Shown here piece by piece: positions 41,631 to 52,055 of a DNA stretch of 64,000 bases. Made by a program: the position numbers and the translations under genes. The stretch lies in contig JAXMHR010000001.1 of NCBI GenBank assembly GCA_046346705.1, positions 139,426-203,425 of the forward strand. The letters run 5' to 3'. A model generated the notes under the pieces. That model ran no database searches. It saw only the letters and a program-made list of their open reading frames with translations, and was not told where the DNA came from. The DNA comes from Verrucomicrobiota bacterium (lineage in GTDB: Bacteria > Verrucomicrobiota > Verrucomicrobiia > Limisphaerales > UBA9464). Every line of letters begins with the position of its first letter. Within the stretch, counting starts at the first letter, position 1.

Positions 41631-44600
41631 CTAGGGGGATACCACCACCCGATAGGTGCGGCCCGTAGATTCGGGCTCGACGATGTCTTCGACTTCCATT
41701 CGTTGAACGCCACTGGAGACGTTCTTGGTGGTTTTCACAACCGACCATTGACCGGACTTTAGGTCCTCGGTCGACTGCACTTGATAGGTCTGACCCGGAG
41801 AAGCCATCCATTCGATTCGGAAGAACGCGGGAGTGGTCCTGATCAGCGACACGTGACTGACGACCACCAGATCAAACGGAGAGCTATCCTGCCCATTGGC
41901 CACCCCGTCGCCATCGGAATCGAGTACCAAACTCTCTCTAAGCGCCTTGGGAACCCGAACGACACGCCCATCCCCAAGACTGACAGTGACCAACGTGATC
42001 GAAGGAGCAGCATTGTCTCCCTTCACCCACCGGAGAACACCACCACCCGATGTCACAAACCCGTCGAGGTCTGCCGGATTCACATTGTCACTCGTGGTTT
42101 GGAAATAGAGGGTCATTCCCTCATTGAGGATCAAGGACTCTTCGAGAGTCGCATAGAAGGCATCGCCCAACTCCAGTCGCTCAACGTAGAGACCGTTCGC
42201 AGCATCCACAGGGCTGATGGTCACAACCCCCCCGGCATCAGCGTCCAAAGAAAGCACTCCGAGGGCGGCGTTATTCCGGAAGCCTGCAACGGTCGGTCCC
42301 CGGTCTTCTGCAGCCCAGAACGAGTCGCTGAAGGCGAACTGCGGCGCGTGGATGCTTACGGCTGTTCCCAAGAGATCTCCAGAGGCAGGCTTCACCGGCA
42401 ACAGCATACCATACGTCGCCTGAACCGAGCCCGGGAAACCCGCACCGCCGTCAGTCAAGTTACCGGTCACATTTATGTTTAAAAATCCACCAGCCTGCGC
42501 CCGAATGCCCGAAAGGTTCGCATCACCAGCATTGATGACGACGTCATAGGCAGCGTTGAGAGTACCCCCATCACTAACGTAGGTATTGGCATTGATCTGA
42601 ACATTCCCCCCCGACGCGGTCATGACTCCAGAGTTCTCAATCGTGTTCGCACGAATGTTGATCCCCGTTGCGGTAATCGCCCCTAGGTTGGTGATCGAAT
42701 TCAGCCCGCTTGAAGACGAGAGTCCCAAAGAGATCAAGCTCGGCGCTGAAATTGAACCTGCATTGTTTAAATTCTGCAGACCTGGCAGCTCTGCGTCCGT
42801 CAAATTCGTCGTGCCGTAGAGATTGAGCGATCCACTCACCAACAGATTGGTCACCTCCCCGGAGAATTGACCATCCACGAAAATCGAGTCCCGGAGGTCC
42901 ACATTCGTGGCACGGACCCGAAGATCGTTCAGAAATATCCCAACACCACTGTCGAGGAGATTTTGGATCACCGTGACATGATAAATCGCGTTGTAATTGG
43001 TTGTCGTCGCCGTATCCGTCGGTGCGGCACAATCTCCAGGAGTGTCCATGACACCATCTCCGTTGGTATCACAGCCTTCGGGAACTCCGTCCCCGTCCAG
43101 ATCGATGGGAGTTCCCCCGCCCGTGGTGTTCGTTCCCGTAGCGGACCAGAAATTCGTAAACGTTGTTGCCCATATTGCGAATTGCCCGCCAAACCGAGAC
43201 GGCGAACCCTTCGCGAGGTCCTGAACAACCAGATTTCCGTTCGTGGCGCCCAAATCAAGATTCAGGATGGGAGCATCAATGACCGCCCCTCGGGAACTGA
43301 CTAGATTATCCGTCTTGAGACTGACCAAGCTTTGCCCCTGAATACGTGCATTTTGGAGCTTCAGGTTCTCCCCACTGATCATGACCCGGCCGGCGAGGTT
43401 CGTCACGCTATCCCCGGTTCCCGGAGGAATGGTGGAGGGATATCGCATCAATTGCCCCGACCAAGTAACATACCGGTTGGTCGTCACCTGGTTGGTCATG
43501 GTCACACCGTCCGGAAACACATCATCGACCCACGTCGTAAATATTCCGTCGTAGAAATCAGCATTCGTGACCGTCGAACCGATCGGCGTACCGGGAACGA
43601 ATCGAGGCGCAAAAGCACGAAATGCAAATAGGTTCGTTGGTTTCTGCGTATTCAACGTCGCATTGTTCAAAAGGAGCGCTTCGTTCAATTCCGAGCCATA
43701 ATTGTCAACAATGACAAATTGTGTCGCCCCGGTTCCGGGGGTGCGACTGATCAAATCAGGCTGAATGGTCGTAAACCGGACATAGGCAGTCTTGGCGGGA
43801 AGGTTTACGGGATCAGGACCGGACTCCCAACTGACATCAACCTGAACGTTGGGGTCATAATTATCAACGAAGACAATTTCAAATTGTTGATTGGTCTCGG
43901 ACGGTTGCTCCTTGGAAATGAAGGCCAGCGGATTCAAAAGATTCAGACTGACATAAGGCCCTCCCGTATCATCCGGCGAGGTAATCACCCGAGTATAAAT
44001 TCGAAAAAGAGGCGTCTGGACGAGCAGATTGCCGAGGTCGTCATAAGCGGCAAGGCTCGACAGATTGATTCCCACTTCACTATACCGCCACCAACGGTCG
44101 CGGAGATCGGTCTCCGGATAGAAGTCGGTGGCAGTCAACCCCACGAAGGGCGAGTCGGAGAATTCAGGAGTATTCGGGACATATCTGTCCGTGCGGAAGG
44201 AACTAAAATTAAGCGCCGTCGTGCCAATCCGGCTGTTCGACAGATCCACATTGACTCCGTGGATTTGAATGTCGCCCGCATAGAAACCCTGAATTGTCCC
44301 CCGATTGATGATGTTCGTCGCGTAGATGCTGACGAAACCACCGTAAAGGGGTTGGAGGTCATTTGGCCAGACCCCCATATTCGCAGTGAAGTTTCCAAAT
44401 TGACCATTAATAACCGCACCCGGGCCGTTGTAGAAGGATTTTGCCATTCCACGATTCCCGGCATCGTCCACGAACTGGAAGCTTATGCCGGGCACCGCTG
44501 CGATCGATCCCCGGTTGGTAAACACCAGCGTGTTTTGGGTTTCATAGGCAACCACGGGATTGTTGCCGATGTCTCCAAAGAAGATGAACCCAGGAATCAG

Positions 44601-44792
44601 TGTCCCAAAGGTGAATCCCGAGAAGTTGGATTCCTGACCGATTTGGATCGTTCCCGTGTTTACGAATGTTGTCGCGTCAATGACGATCGGCTCGTTCAGG
44701 AGGCCTTCGTTAAGAAACAACGGGGCAGGTGTCGCCAAGGCCGACGAAACAGTCAGGGCTATACCTCCTGCGAGGCTGAGGAAGTTTTTCAT
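41631..44792 (-). CDS. Large secreted beta-helix-like protein (1053 aa), function unknown
   Basis: Signal peptide 'MKNFLSLAGGIALTVSSALA'. There are long N/G/T/S-rich periodic stretches ('ITNLGAITATGINIRANTIENSGVMTASGGNVQINA'). Acidic loops are 'DLDGDGVPEGCDTNGDGVMD' and 'DSDGDGVANGQD'. The C-terminal module reads '...FFRIEW....GQTYQVQSTEDL..GQW......TYRVVVSP'. Confidence 0.75.
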   Translation of the reverse strand: MKNFLSLAGGIALTVSSALATPAPLFLNEGLLNEPIVIDATTFVNTGTIQIGQESNFSGFTFGTLIPGFIFFGDIGNNPVVAYETQNTLVFTNRGSIAAVPGISFQFVDDAGNRGMAKSFYNGPGAVINGQFGNFTANMGVWPNDLQPLYGGFVSIYATNIINRGTIQGFYAGDIQIHGVNVDLSNSRIGTTALNFSSFRTDRYVPNTPEFSDSPFVGLTATDFYPETDLRDRWWRYSEVGINLSSLAAYDDLGNLLVQTPLFRIYTRVITSPDDTGGPYVSLNLLNPLAFISKEQPSETNQQFEIVFVDNYDPNVQVDVSWESGPDPVNLPAKTAYVRFTTIQPDLISRTPGTGATQFVIVDNYGSELNEALLLNNATLNTQKPTNLFAFRAFAPRFVPGTPIGSTVTNADFYDGIFTTWVDDVFPDGVTMTNQVTTNRYVTWSGQLMRYPSTIPPGTGDSVTNLAGRVMISGENLKLQNARIQGQSLVSLKTDNLVSSRGAVIDAPILNLDLGATNGNLVVQDLAKGSPSRFGGQFAIWATTFTNFWSATGTNTTGGGTPIDLDGDGVPEGCDTNGDGVMDTPGDCAAPTDTATTTNYNAIYHVTVIQNLLDSGVGIFLNDLRVRATNVDLRDSIFVDGQFSGEVTNLLVSGSLNLYGTTNLTDAELPGLQNLNNAGSISAPSLISLGLSSSSGLNSITNLGAITATGINIRANTIENSGVMTASGGNVQINANTYVSDGGTLNAAYDVVINAGDANLSGIRAQAGGFLNINVTGNLTDGGAGFPGSVQATYGMLLPVKPASGDLLGTAVSIHAPQFAFSDSFWAAEDRGPTVAGFRNNAALGVLSLDADAGGVVTISPVDAANGLYVERLELGDAFYATLEESLILNEGMTLYFQTTSDNVNPADLDGFVTSGGGVLRWVKGDNAAPSITLVTVSLGDGRVVRVPKALRESLVLDSDGDGVANGQDSSPFDLVVVSHVSLIRTTPAFFRIEWMASPGQTYQVQSTEDLKSGQWSVVKTTKNVSSGVQRMEVEDIVEPESTGRTYRVVVSP

Positions 44793-44810
44793 GATATCGC
44801 CGGATTACCG

Positions 44811-46325
44811 TTACTGTTGGCCAAAGAGTTTCGATTCAAGCTGCTCCAAAGTGGCGCCTTGGGGGTAGGTGATGGGTGCGTTCGTGGATCCGTCAAAAGA
44901 GCCCCACGTGAATCCCTGAATTCCAGCGCCTTGCCCTGTATCAAACACGTTGTAGAGCCAAGGCCCGACTTTATTTAGAGCAATTTCCACCCCGGGCTCA
45001 ATGATTCCTGGGCCAGCTGCGATTTGAAGACTACCGCCCGGATTGATAACCTGCAGGTAGGTCATCCCGGTAACACCGAATACATAGGGCTGGGGGAGAT
45101 TGGGATAACTACCCAAATCCGCGGCCGTGAACAGAATGTCCGGTCGCGTAATCGTCCGGGTTGTCACAGTTCGAATCGGAGTTCCCTGCGCATTGATCAC
45201 CGTCTCCGGGTAGCGAATGGTGACTGGAACCACATACTGCCCCAGCAGGGGATCTGTATCGACCCGCACAAAGGCAACCTTCCCGGGCCCACCTCGTCCC
45301 CCATCTGCAGGAGCAGTGCCGGTGATCACCCCGGTTGTGTTGGTAAAGCCAAAGAGACCGCCTCCCACCACCGTCCAAGGGGAACCAGGAAGCGGGTTGA
45401 CGATTTGGAAGCCGACAATATCCCAAGGCGATGTCCCGCCGCTCCCGCCGCCCCCGGTAGAGCCTAGGGGAGCCGCCTGCCAATTTGTATTCCCCGTTCG
45501 GTACAAGTACCTGAGTCCACCAACGTCATCCCGGGTAAGACCACTGTAAAACATGCCGAAGGAGCCTTCCACAGCCCGCTGAGGACCATAAATTTGAGCC
45601 GAAACTCGCGGATCAACGGCACCCGCCTGGACTCCGGCCAAGGCGGCCACCGTGACATTCGGATTGGCGACATTGACTCCAATTTCCTGGCAATCAGAAA
45701 TGTCTTGGGGCAACAGCCAGTGAACAATCTGATAAGAATAAAGGGTATTGTTGACGTAACTGGAATACCTCCAACTCACGGGATCGAAATTTCGCTGGAT
45801 CACGAAATAATCGTATTCCTGAGGAGTGGTATTGGGAATTGGACGCCGATCATGCAAAGTCCATGTCCATCGTTCCGGGGAAGCCAACCCCATTTGTTGA
45901 ACAAGGGTCGAAAGCGCGACCGACTTGACATCCAGCAAGCGCAATTGCTGCGCGACATTATTAAATCGTGTTGTGGCAAGCGGGTACTCCGAAAGAGAAG
46001 GACTCATGTCCGACACCATTGGGAGGTTGTTGAGAATGGCAACGGCAGATTCCACCGCGGCAACGCCCGCCGGACCAAAGAATTCCACAAACGTGGAGTC
46101 GAATCCGTACACCAACACCGGACCACCAATTCGATACTCCTCCCCTACGTTCATGGGCCCGCCCAAATCTCCTACCTGGGCGATGCTTGTAAACGTGGAA
46201 CTATAGTTCAGATCCGAGGTCTGATAGCTGGTATCGAATGGTCCGAGGAGAGAGAAGGCGTGGGCCGCGAGACCGCTGCCGAGGAGGAGTACGGTCCTCA
46301 GGGATGTTTTAAGAATCGAGCGCAT
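44811..46325 (-). CDS. Secreted protein of unknown function (504 aa)
   Basis: Signal peptide 'LLLGSGLAAHAFS', protein-like composition, a Gly-rich central linker, and no motif I recognise. It starts 3 nt after the upstream stop and ends 18 nt before the next start. Confidence 0.7.
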   Translation of the reverse strand: MRSILKTSLRTVLLLGSGLAAHAFSLLGPFDTSYQTSDLNYSSTFTSIAQVGDLGGPMNVGEEYRIGGPVLVYGFDSTFVEFFGPAGVAAVESAVAILNNLPMVSDMSPSLSEYPLATTRFNNVAQQLRLLDVKSVALSTLVQQMGLASPERWTWTLHDRRPIPNTTPQEYDYFVIQRNFDPVSWRYSSYVNNTLYSYQIVHWLLPQDISDCQEIGVNVANPNVTVAALAGVQAGAVDPRVSAQIYGPQRAVEGSFGMFYSGLTRDDVGGLRYLYRTGNTNWQAAPLGSTGGGGSGGTSPWDIVGFQIVNPLPGSPWTVVGGGLFGFTNTTGVITGTAPADGGRGGPGKVAFVRVDTDPLLGQYVVPVTIRYPETVINAQGTPIRTVTTRTITRPDILFTAADLGSYPNLPQPYVFGVTGMTYLQVINPGGSLQIAAGPGIIEPGVEIALNKVGPWLYNVFDTGQGAGIQGFTWGSFDGSTNAPITYPQGATLEQLESKLFGQQ

Positions 46326-46328
46326 GAT

Positions 46329-48251
46329 TCAGCGGAGAAGGTTGACGCGGAAATAGGAACGAGCCGGAGATTCAGCTGCCGCCATGGAATCAGTGGAACC
46401 AGCCGCCAGACGCGGGGAACCCAAGTTATTCCAATCCTTGAGATCCACAGACCATTGCGGCTGATAGATTGCACCGGGACGGGTATTCCAAGTGATGAGA
46501 GCACCTTGGGGTGTTCCCACCAACGTTACCTGAAGAACACTGGCGGGATCCGTCGGATCTGTTCCTGCCAGAAATTCCGCACGATTCGTTGCGCCATCCC
46601 CGTCAGAGTCAATTCCGGGAGCGGGCCAAGCATCGGAATTCTCTCCGAAATAACGGCGCTCCCAATCATCCGGCAAGCCATCCGCATTGTCATCCTCGCC
46701 CCATGTGGTTGCTGAGGCGGCAGGTGAAAGCGGGGATTTACGTCCATCTGTAAGGACGTATCCGATACGAACGGAGTGAGTGGAGCCAGGGGCGAGACCG
46801 CTAAACGTAAAGGCACTCTCCACGGTGCGGAACGCTGACTGGCTTCCGTCGACATAAACATCATATCCCGCGACCGGCAGCCCGCTGACAACCGGCCACG
46901 TCACTAAAAGCTTTGATGAAGATGCGGCGAATAAGTACGGAATACCCGGAGCCGCGAGGGGTGCCGAGGGGGCCGCAAAGCGCTGAGCGGCAAGATCCAT
47001 CCCTGAGGTTAATCCAGCGAAGGTCGACCAAGCGACGATCAGGCGCCCTGTTGAATCTGCGGCCACCGTCGGATTAAGTTGATCGCCTGCAGTCTTGGTA
47101 TTGACCACAAATTCGGAACCCAACAGGGAACCGTCGGTCTTGATCCACTGGCCAACCACTCCCCCTGCATATCCATCTCCGTTTTCACTCCGATAGACCG
47201 TTAGAATGGAGTCACCGACGGCCGCAAGTCGCGGCATGAATTGAAATCCATTTCTCCGGGTGTTAATGAGAAAATCGGAACCAGCGGCTTCAGAATCACC
47301 CCAGATCCTACCAAATACATCCCAAGTGAACCCTGAGTCCGCCGGTTGATGTTCAGCCCAAGCGGCAAAAAAACCTCCACCTCTCAATCCCGTGAGGGCC
47401 GGAGTAGTACAAGGACGCCTGGAAGTGTTGAGGAAGAACTCTTCGTTACGGAACGATCCATCGGAGTTCAACCGCCTGGCGACGACATCCACACTGTTTT
47501 CAAAGCGCTGCTGCTCCGATATCCAAGCAACAACCAGGTCACCATTGCCCGTGGTTGTCACGACGGGATCCCGTTGATTGAAACGAGTGGTCTGGTTGAT
47601 TAGGAATGGCTGTCCAAGGATTTCACCACTGTTGGAAAGCCGACGTCCCAGAACACCGGACATATCTCCGTCCGCCCCCTCCGCAGTCCATACGACAAGA
47701 ACACTGCCGTCCCCAGCCACTGCAAGGTTGGGATTTCGGTTATCGGGTGTCCCAGCGGAGATCGAAAACTCCGGACCGGCAAATTGCCCATCAGATTTCA
47801 GGACGCGGGCTTGAATCTTTTGGGATCCCCGCACGCCGCTTTGCCAGATAATCAAATTCCCGCCATCGGTAAGGATGGCCACCTGGGGATTCTCCTGATC
47901 ACCGGCGCCATCTTGATTTACCCTAAGCGAACTGAGTCCGGACAACTGACCGCTCAACCGACGCGCACTGATTCCGAAACCATCCCCGTCGGTAAGGTTG
48001 TCATGCCAAACCACACAACCGCCATTGGCACGGAAGGCTAGTGAGGGGGCCAATTGATCCCCTCTCGGAGTTCCCGCGAGCGCATACTGGGCGCCCTCCG
48101 GCACCAACGGCGCCGGGTCGGAGGCGGCGACTGAAAGCGGTAAGGTGGCCGCCAAAATCCCGAGCAAGAGTGTTCGGACGGGCGGTAAATCCGCATTCCC
48201 GAGGCCGACTCCTTGGTGGTTCACGTTGAACATAGCGTTCGACTGGATCAA
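46329..48251 (-). CDS. Secreted 7-repeat propeller-like protein + FN3 + acidic Ca-binding-like motif + C-terminal 'YFRV' module (640 aa)
   Basis: Signal peptide, then seven ~54-aa repeats, then FN3 ('LLVTWP...GYDVYVDG...HSVRIGY'). 'DSDGDGATNRAEFLAGTDPTDP' is TSP3-like. It ends '...ITWNT.PGAIYQPQWSVDLKDW......SYFRVNLLR'. Confidence 0.75.
   Translation of the reverse strand: MIQSNAMFNVNHQGVGLGNADLPPVRTLLLGILAATLPLSVAASDPAPLVPEGAQYALAGTPRGDQLAPSLAFRANGGCVVWHDNLTDGDGFGISARRLSGQLSGLSSLRVNQDGAGDQENPQVAILTDGGNLIIWQSGVRGSQKIQARVLKSDGQFAGPEFSISAGTPDNRNPNLAVAGDGSVLVVWTAEGADGDMSGVLGRRLSNSGEILGQPFLINQTTRFNQRDPVVTTTGNGDLVVAWISEQQRFENSVDVVARRLNSDGSFRNEEFFLNTSRRPCTTPALTGLRGGGFFAAWAEHQPADSGFTWDVFGRIWGDSEAAGSDFLINTRRNGFQFMPRLAAVGDSILTVYRSENGDGYAGGVVGQWIKTDGSLLGSEFVVNTKTAGDQLNPTVAADSTGRLIVAWSTFAGLTSGMDLAAQRFAAPSAPLAAPGIPYLFAASSSKLLVTWPVVSGLPVAGYDVYVDGSQSAFRTVESAFTFSGLAPGSTHSVRIGYVLTDGRKSPLSPAASATTWGEDDNADGLPDDWERRYFGENSDAWPAPGIDSDGDGATNRAEFLAGTDPTDPASVLQVTLVGTPQGALITWNTRPGAIYQPQWSVDLKDWNNLGSPRLAAGSTDSMAAAESPARSYFRVNLLR
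46962..48089 (-). repeat. Seven tandem ~54-aa coding repeats (predicted beta-propeller blades)
   Basis: Units follow the pattern '[VIL]N....GDQ..P.VA....G..VV.W......DG...GV..RR....G...G.EF', for example 'VNQDGAGDQENPQVAILTDGGNLIIWQS' and 'VNTKTAGDQLNPTVAADSTGRLIVAWST'. Confidence 0.7.
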
Positions 48252-48370
48252 TGGATGGCGACGGTGAAAGTACGACTCCCGTTCACTATCGCAAACAGTT
48301 GGTGGCTGGATTTGGATTTAGGGCCTAGGGCTCAACGAATGTTTAGCCCCGTCCCACCACCCAATAACGT

Positions 48371-51205
48371 TCAATTCGCCTTGAACCCGGTTTGAGGGGG
48401 GATCGTGTTGGGATCGTACAATTGGTTATTCGGGTCATTCACCCGCTTTCCAGAAGGATCGATAATCGTCGGCGTCACGAAAATGATCAGGTTCTTCTTG
48501 GCCGTCACCGAAGCCTCACTGGTAAACAAACGGCCCACGAGCGGAAGATCACCCAAGATCGGGACCTTATCTCGTTGCTTACGGGATTCTTCTGCGATCA
48601 ATCCGCCGATCATCACGGTTTGGCCATCCCAAACGATGGCCGAGGTCACCACTTGGCGCGTCCGGAGACGCGGTAGAGGCAACGTCGCGGTCAGAGGAAT
48701 ACCGAGGCTGTTTCCGGCGACGGACTGCGCCTGTGGATTGAACACACCAGGGTCATCATATCCAACGAACTCCGTGAGGGTCGGGATGATTGTCAACTGG
48801 ATGGAGACGTCGTCTGCGGACACGTACGGAATCACGTTCAACTCGGGGCCGAATGGAATGGTCTGGACGGTGTACTGAATTGTGGATCCGACGCCACCAC
48901 CGCCATTTTGGAGACCATTGCCACCGGTGGTGCCACCGCTGGAATTCTGGTTCAGGTTAACTCCCGTGACGATTGTGCGAACATCAGCAACAACAATCTG
49001 GGCTTGCCGACCACTGAGAGTCGTCACTTTCGGAGTCGCAAGGACGTCAACACCTTCACGTTGTTCCAGCGCTTGAATCACCACGCGGAACTGAGGATCG
49101 GTCAGGATCCCTGTAACCGTTGCCAATGTCGGGATGGGCACCTGGTTCCGATTCACATCGGTGTAGGAGGTTCGCACCCCCGAGGTCAAGTTGCCGTCAG
49201 AGGACTGGGGAGGACGTGTTGTGTCGTAAATATTGACTGGAGTCCCAGAGGAACCATCCGAGAACGGAACTCCGGGGAATGTGCCGTATGGATTGGCTAC
49301 GGATCCCGAGGTATTCGGATTTCCGTATGAGGGCGCCGTCCCCCCCTGCCAGCCCACCTTGCCACCGCCGCTCAACCAGTTACCAATGTAGTACTGGAAT
49401 CCAAGTGCCTTGGCATCCGCTTGAGTTACCTCAGCAAACTTCGATTCGATTTCAATCTGGGGAGGCGCAACGTTCAGGGCTTGAATCGCGCGTTCAATAA
49501 TATCGAGGTCGGAAAGGGTAGCCCGAACGAAAAGGATCCCGACGCGATCATTGAAAAAGAGCGCCTTCTGATCCGCATTTGGATCCGCTTGACCGTTGGC
49601 ACCCAAGGCCCCTCCGAACCCGCCACCGAAGCCACCCACACCGCCGCCAGCTTGTTGTTGTCCCGGAATCAGCGTTGCCGGGAAGTTGACGCCGCATGCC
49701 GTAAAGAATTGGCGCACCATCACCTGAACATTCGCTTGGAGATTGGTCCGGGTCACATTGGAGATGCCCTGACCCTGACCATTAAGGCCACCGCCGCCAC
49801 CACCACCGCCGCCAGCGCCACCACCGGCCGTTCCACCGGCCGCCTGGACTTGGGGAACTTGGAAAATGCCCTGTTGCCCATTGGCACCACCACCGCCGCC
49901 GCCACCACCGCCACCACCGCCACCCCCGCCACCGGAACCACCAGTGTTGATGTCACCGAATGGGAAGCCGATGACGGATTCAAGGCCCTGGAGGAACGTA
50001 TTCGGATCAACCCGGAAGGTCCTGGTGTAGAGCTGCGGAGTCTCGGCTAATTTCTGCGTGAAGACGATCGCGTAGTCCTCGACGGAGTATTTCAGCGGCC
50101 GTTCGGCCACCCGGGAAATGGCATCAATCGCGTCTACGAGGCGGATATTCCTCAAGGCCGGATTGATTCGGATGATAACATTGTTTAAATCGACGGGTTC
50201 CGCCGGAGCTGCCGGTACCACTTGTCCCGTGTTCGGATCGATTTGGTTGGCCGTCTGCGGAGCAGCGGCATCCATGGTCGAGTTGATGATGAAATTGAGA
50301 CCCCGTTTCTCCGGATCCCGTGCCCGAGCCTGCTCATCGAGATACTTGACGACTTCGCTGAGGGGAACGCCATCGAACTTGATCTCATTGAGAACGATGC
50401 GATCCAACTTCGCCTGAATCGCCTGCCGATTGCGGCTCGTATAAATCTGGTTGGTACGGGCGAACGGATTGTGATCCGGCAGCCGATTCTTGGGCATCTC
50501 CCACGCCTGTTCGACCTCCAGCATCATCTCACGTGTCGTAAGCTTCTTTTCCTCGGACGCCCGGCTGAACCGAGCCTGCTGGAGAAGTTCTAGGTAATAA
50601 CGGGCCGTCTTGTTCTCCGGTTGGAGCGCCCTCGCCTGTTCAAGAAGCTTTTGAGCCTCATCCAAACGGCCCATTTCAAACATGAGCTTTCCATCTTGGG
50701 CGAGAGTTGCCGCTTTCAGATTCTGGGCCTTCGTTTCCGGAATAGTAGCCAAGGCGGCATCGCTCGGCGTCTTACCGACCAGGTCAGCCATCTGCTGATC
50801 GTTCTCCTTCTTGAAATTGGCCGCGGCGACGTTTGAGGGGTCCACCTTGACGGCCCGGGTGATCTGGAGATTCGCCTCTCGATAATCACCACGACTTGCC
50901 GCAACCTCCGCCAATTTGAGGCGGGCGTTGGAAAGACCCGTCCGCACTTCCGAGCGCTCTTTTTCAGCGGCGGCACCCAACTGATCGGAGAGGGCCCATC
51001 CATCCTCGTAGAGCTTGGCGGCCGCCGTGTAATCCTTGACGCCAGCCGCCGCTTGGGCGGCCTCGATCGTCTTGCGCAGCAGAATGAGTTTTTCCTGCCG
51101 TCGCACGGCCTCTTCCTCCGCCGCCTGTCCAGCGGACTGGGCAAACGCGGCGGGCATGACGGCGCAAAAAAGCAGCAAGCAGAGGAGACGTGACAGTTTC
51201 AACAT
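48371..51205 (-). CDS. pilQ: Secretin (PilQ/GspD family) with TPR-like N-terminal domain and Gly-rich inserts
   Basis: 944 aa with a signal peptide. The first ~200 aa are helical and TPR-like. The C-terminal secretin core has 'KVPILGDLPLVGRLF' and 'LIIFVTPTII'. Confidence 0.85.
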   Translation of the reverse strand: MLKLSRLLCLLLFCAVMPAAFAQSAGQAAEEEAVRRQEKLILLRKTIEAAQAAAGVKDYTAAAKLYEDGWALSDQLGAAAEKERSEVRTGLSNARLKLAEVAASRGDYREANLQITRAVKVDPSNVAAANFKKENDQQMADLVGKTPSDAALATIPETKAQNLKAATLAQDGKLMFEMGRLDEAQKLLEQARALQPENKTARYYLELLQQARFSRASEEKKLTTREMMLEVEQAWEMPKNRLPDHNPFARTNQIYTSRNRQAIQAKLDRIVLNEIKFDGVPLSEVVKYLDEQARARDPEKRGLNFIINSTMDAAAPQTANQIDPNTGQVVPAAPAEPVDLNNVIIRINPALRNIRLVDAIDAISRVAERPLKYSVEDYAIVFTQKLAETPQLYTRTFRVDPNTFLQGLESVIGFPFGDINTGGSGGGGGGGGGGGGGGGGANGQQGIFQVPQVQAAGGTAGGGAGGGGGGGGGLNGQGQGISNVTRTNLQANVQVMVRQFFTACGVNFPATLIPGQQQAGGGVGGFGGGFGGALGANGQADPNADQKALFFNDRVGILFVRATLSDLDIIERAIQALNVAPPQIEIESKFAEVTQADAKALGFQYYIGNWLSGGGKVGWQGGTAPSYGNPNTSGSVANPYGTFPGVPFSDGSSGTPVNIYDTTRPPQSSDGNLTSGVRTSYTDVNRNQVPIPTLATVTGILTDPQFRVVIQALEQREGVDVLATPKVTTLSGRQAQIVVADVRTIVTGVNLNQNSSGGTTGGNGLQNGGGGVGSTIQYTVQTIPFGPELNVIPYVSADDVSIQLTIIPTLTEFVGYDDPGVFNPQAQSVAGNSLGIPLTATLPLPRLRTRQVVTSAIVWDGQTVMIGGLIAEESRKQRDKVPILGDLPLVGRLFTSEASVTAKKNLIIFVTPTIIDPSGKRVNDPNNQLYDPNTIPPQTGFKAN
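49598..49946 (-). repeat. Low-complexity (GGN)n coding tracts inside the secretin gene
   Basis: Read on the minus strand there is a run of 16 consecutive Gly codons after 'GDINTGGS'. Further tracts are 'AGGTAGGGAGGGGGGGGGLNGQGQG' and 'AGGGVGGFGGGFGGALG'. Confidence 0.9.
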
Positions 51206-51257
51206 GGTGAATGCGGTTGAAAATCCAGAAAAATTGCGTTGAGCGGGAGGGAAATGA

Positions 51258-52037
51258 TCAGGGATTGGACAGTTTGACTGTCGTGCGCGTGCCGTTGGGT
51301 GCCGAAACTACAAGTTCATCTTTGCCGATGGCAACAACCTTGTACGAAGTACCGCTCAGAGTGAGAGAATCGTCAGCGCGTCGAGCCAGAAAGTCCTTGC
51401 CATCAAATCGGAGATCAGCCTGGTAGCCGCGAGGACGTGAGTAGGGCTTGTCCTTCGTGAGCGTGACCCTCTCTCCCCCTTCAATCAATTCGATCACAAC
51501 CTCGCCGGCGGCGTCTTTCGGACCATGAATCTCCCGGAGGTAGAACCAATCGTTCTTTGTCCCATCCGTCAGCGAAACGGTTACCGGACGCCGATTGGCG
51601 ACCTTCTTGTCGTACTCGCGGGTCACGCTGAATTGGTAGCGATACGGATCCCCCGTGCCCGTGGGCCCAAGATAAGTCACGGTCAGATTCAACGGATCCG
51701 TCTTGATCAGCTTGAGCGAATTGGCGAGATCGCGCCGAGGATCGGGCTTCGGCGCGCCATCGGCCCCCCGGATCCAACGGATGGGATTAAACACCGCGTG
51801 ATCGCCGACCAAAGTCATCTGATAGTGCTCATTCAATTGCTTCAGCGTGGTGAGGTCGTTGGTCAAATCCACCGGCTTTAGGGACTTTTTCTTCCCGCCG
51901 ACGGACTGCTTCAATTGCTCCGCGAGCTGAGTGCGAACCGAATCAACCTTTTGCGTCAGCCAGAAGGCTGTGCCCGCCACGACCAGCAGGACCACGCTCA
52001 GGATGAGTTTCTCGTAATGCTTCTTAAGGAAATCCAT
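51258..52037 (-). CDS. Membrane-anchored pilus-cluster protein (PilP position; Amuc_1099-position analog)
   Basis: 259 aa with a single N-terminal TM helix ('LILSVVLLVVAGTAFWL'). It lies between the Amuc_1100-like gene and the secretin. The assignment rests on synteny. Confidence 0.6.
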   Translation of the reverse strand: MDFLKKHYEKLILSVVLLVVAGTAFWLTQKVDSVRTQLAEQLKQSVGGKKKSLKPVDLTNDLTTLKQLNEHYQMTLVGDHAVFNPIRWIRGADGAPKPDPRRDLANSLKLIKTDPLNLTVTYLGPTGTGDPYRYQFSVTREYDKKVANRRPVTVSLTDGTKNDWFYLREIHGPKDAAGEVVIELIEGGERVTLTKDKPYSRPRGYQADLRFDGKDFLARRADDSLTLSGTSYKVVAIGKDELVVSAPNGTRTTVKLSNP

Positions 52038-52055
52038 GTCGGCCGAAGGAAATCG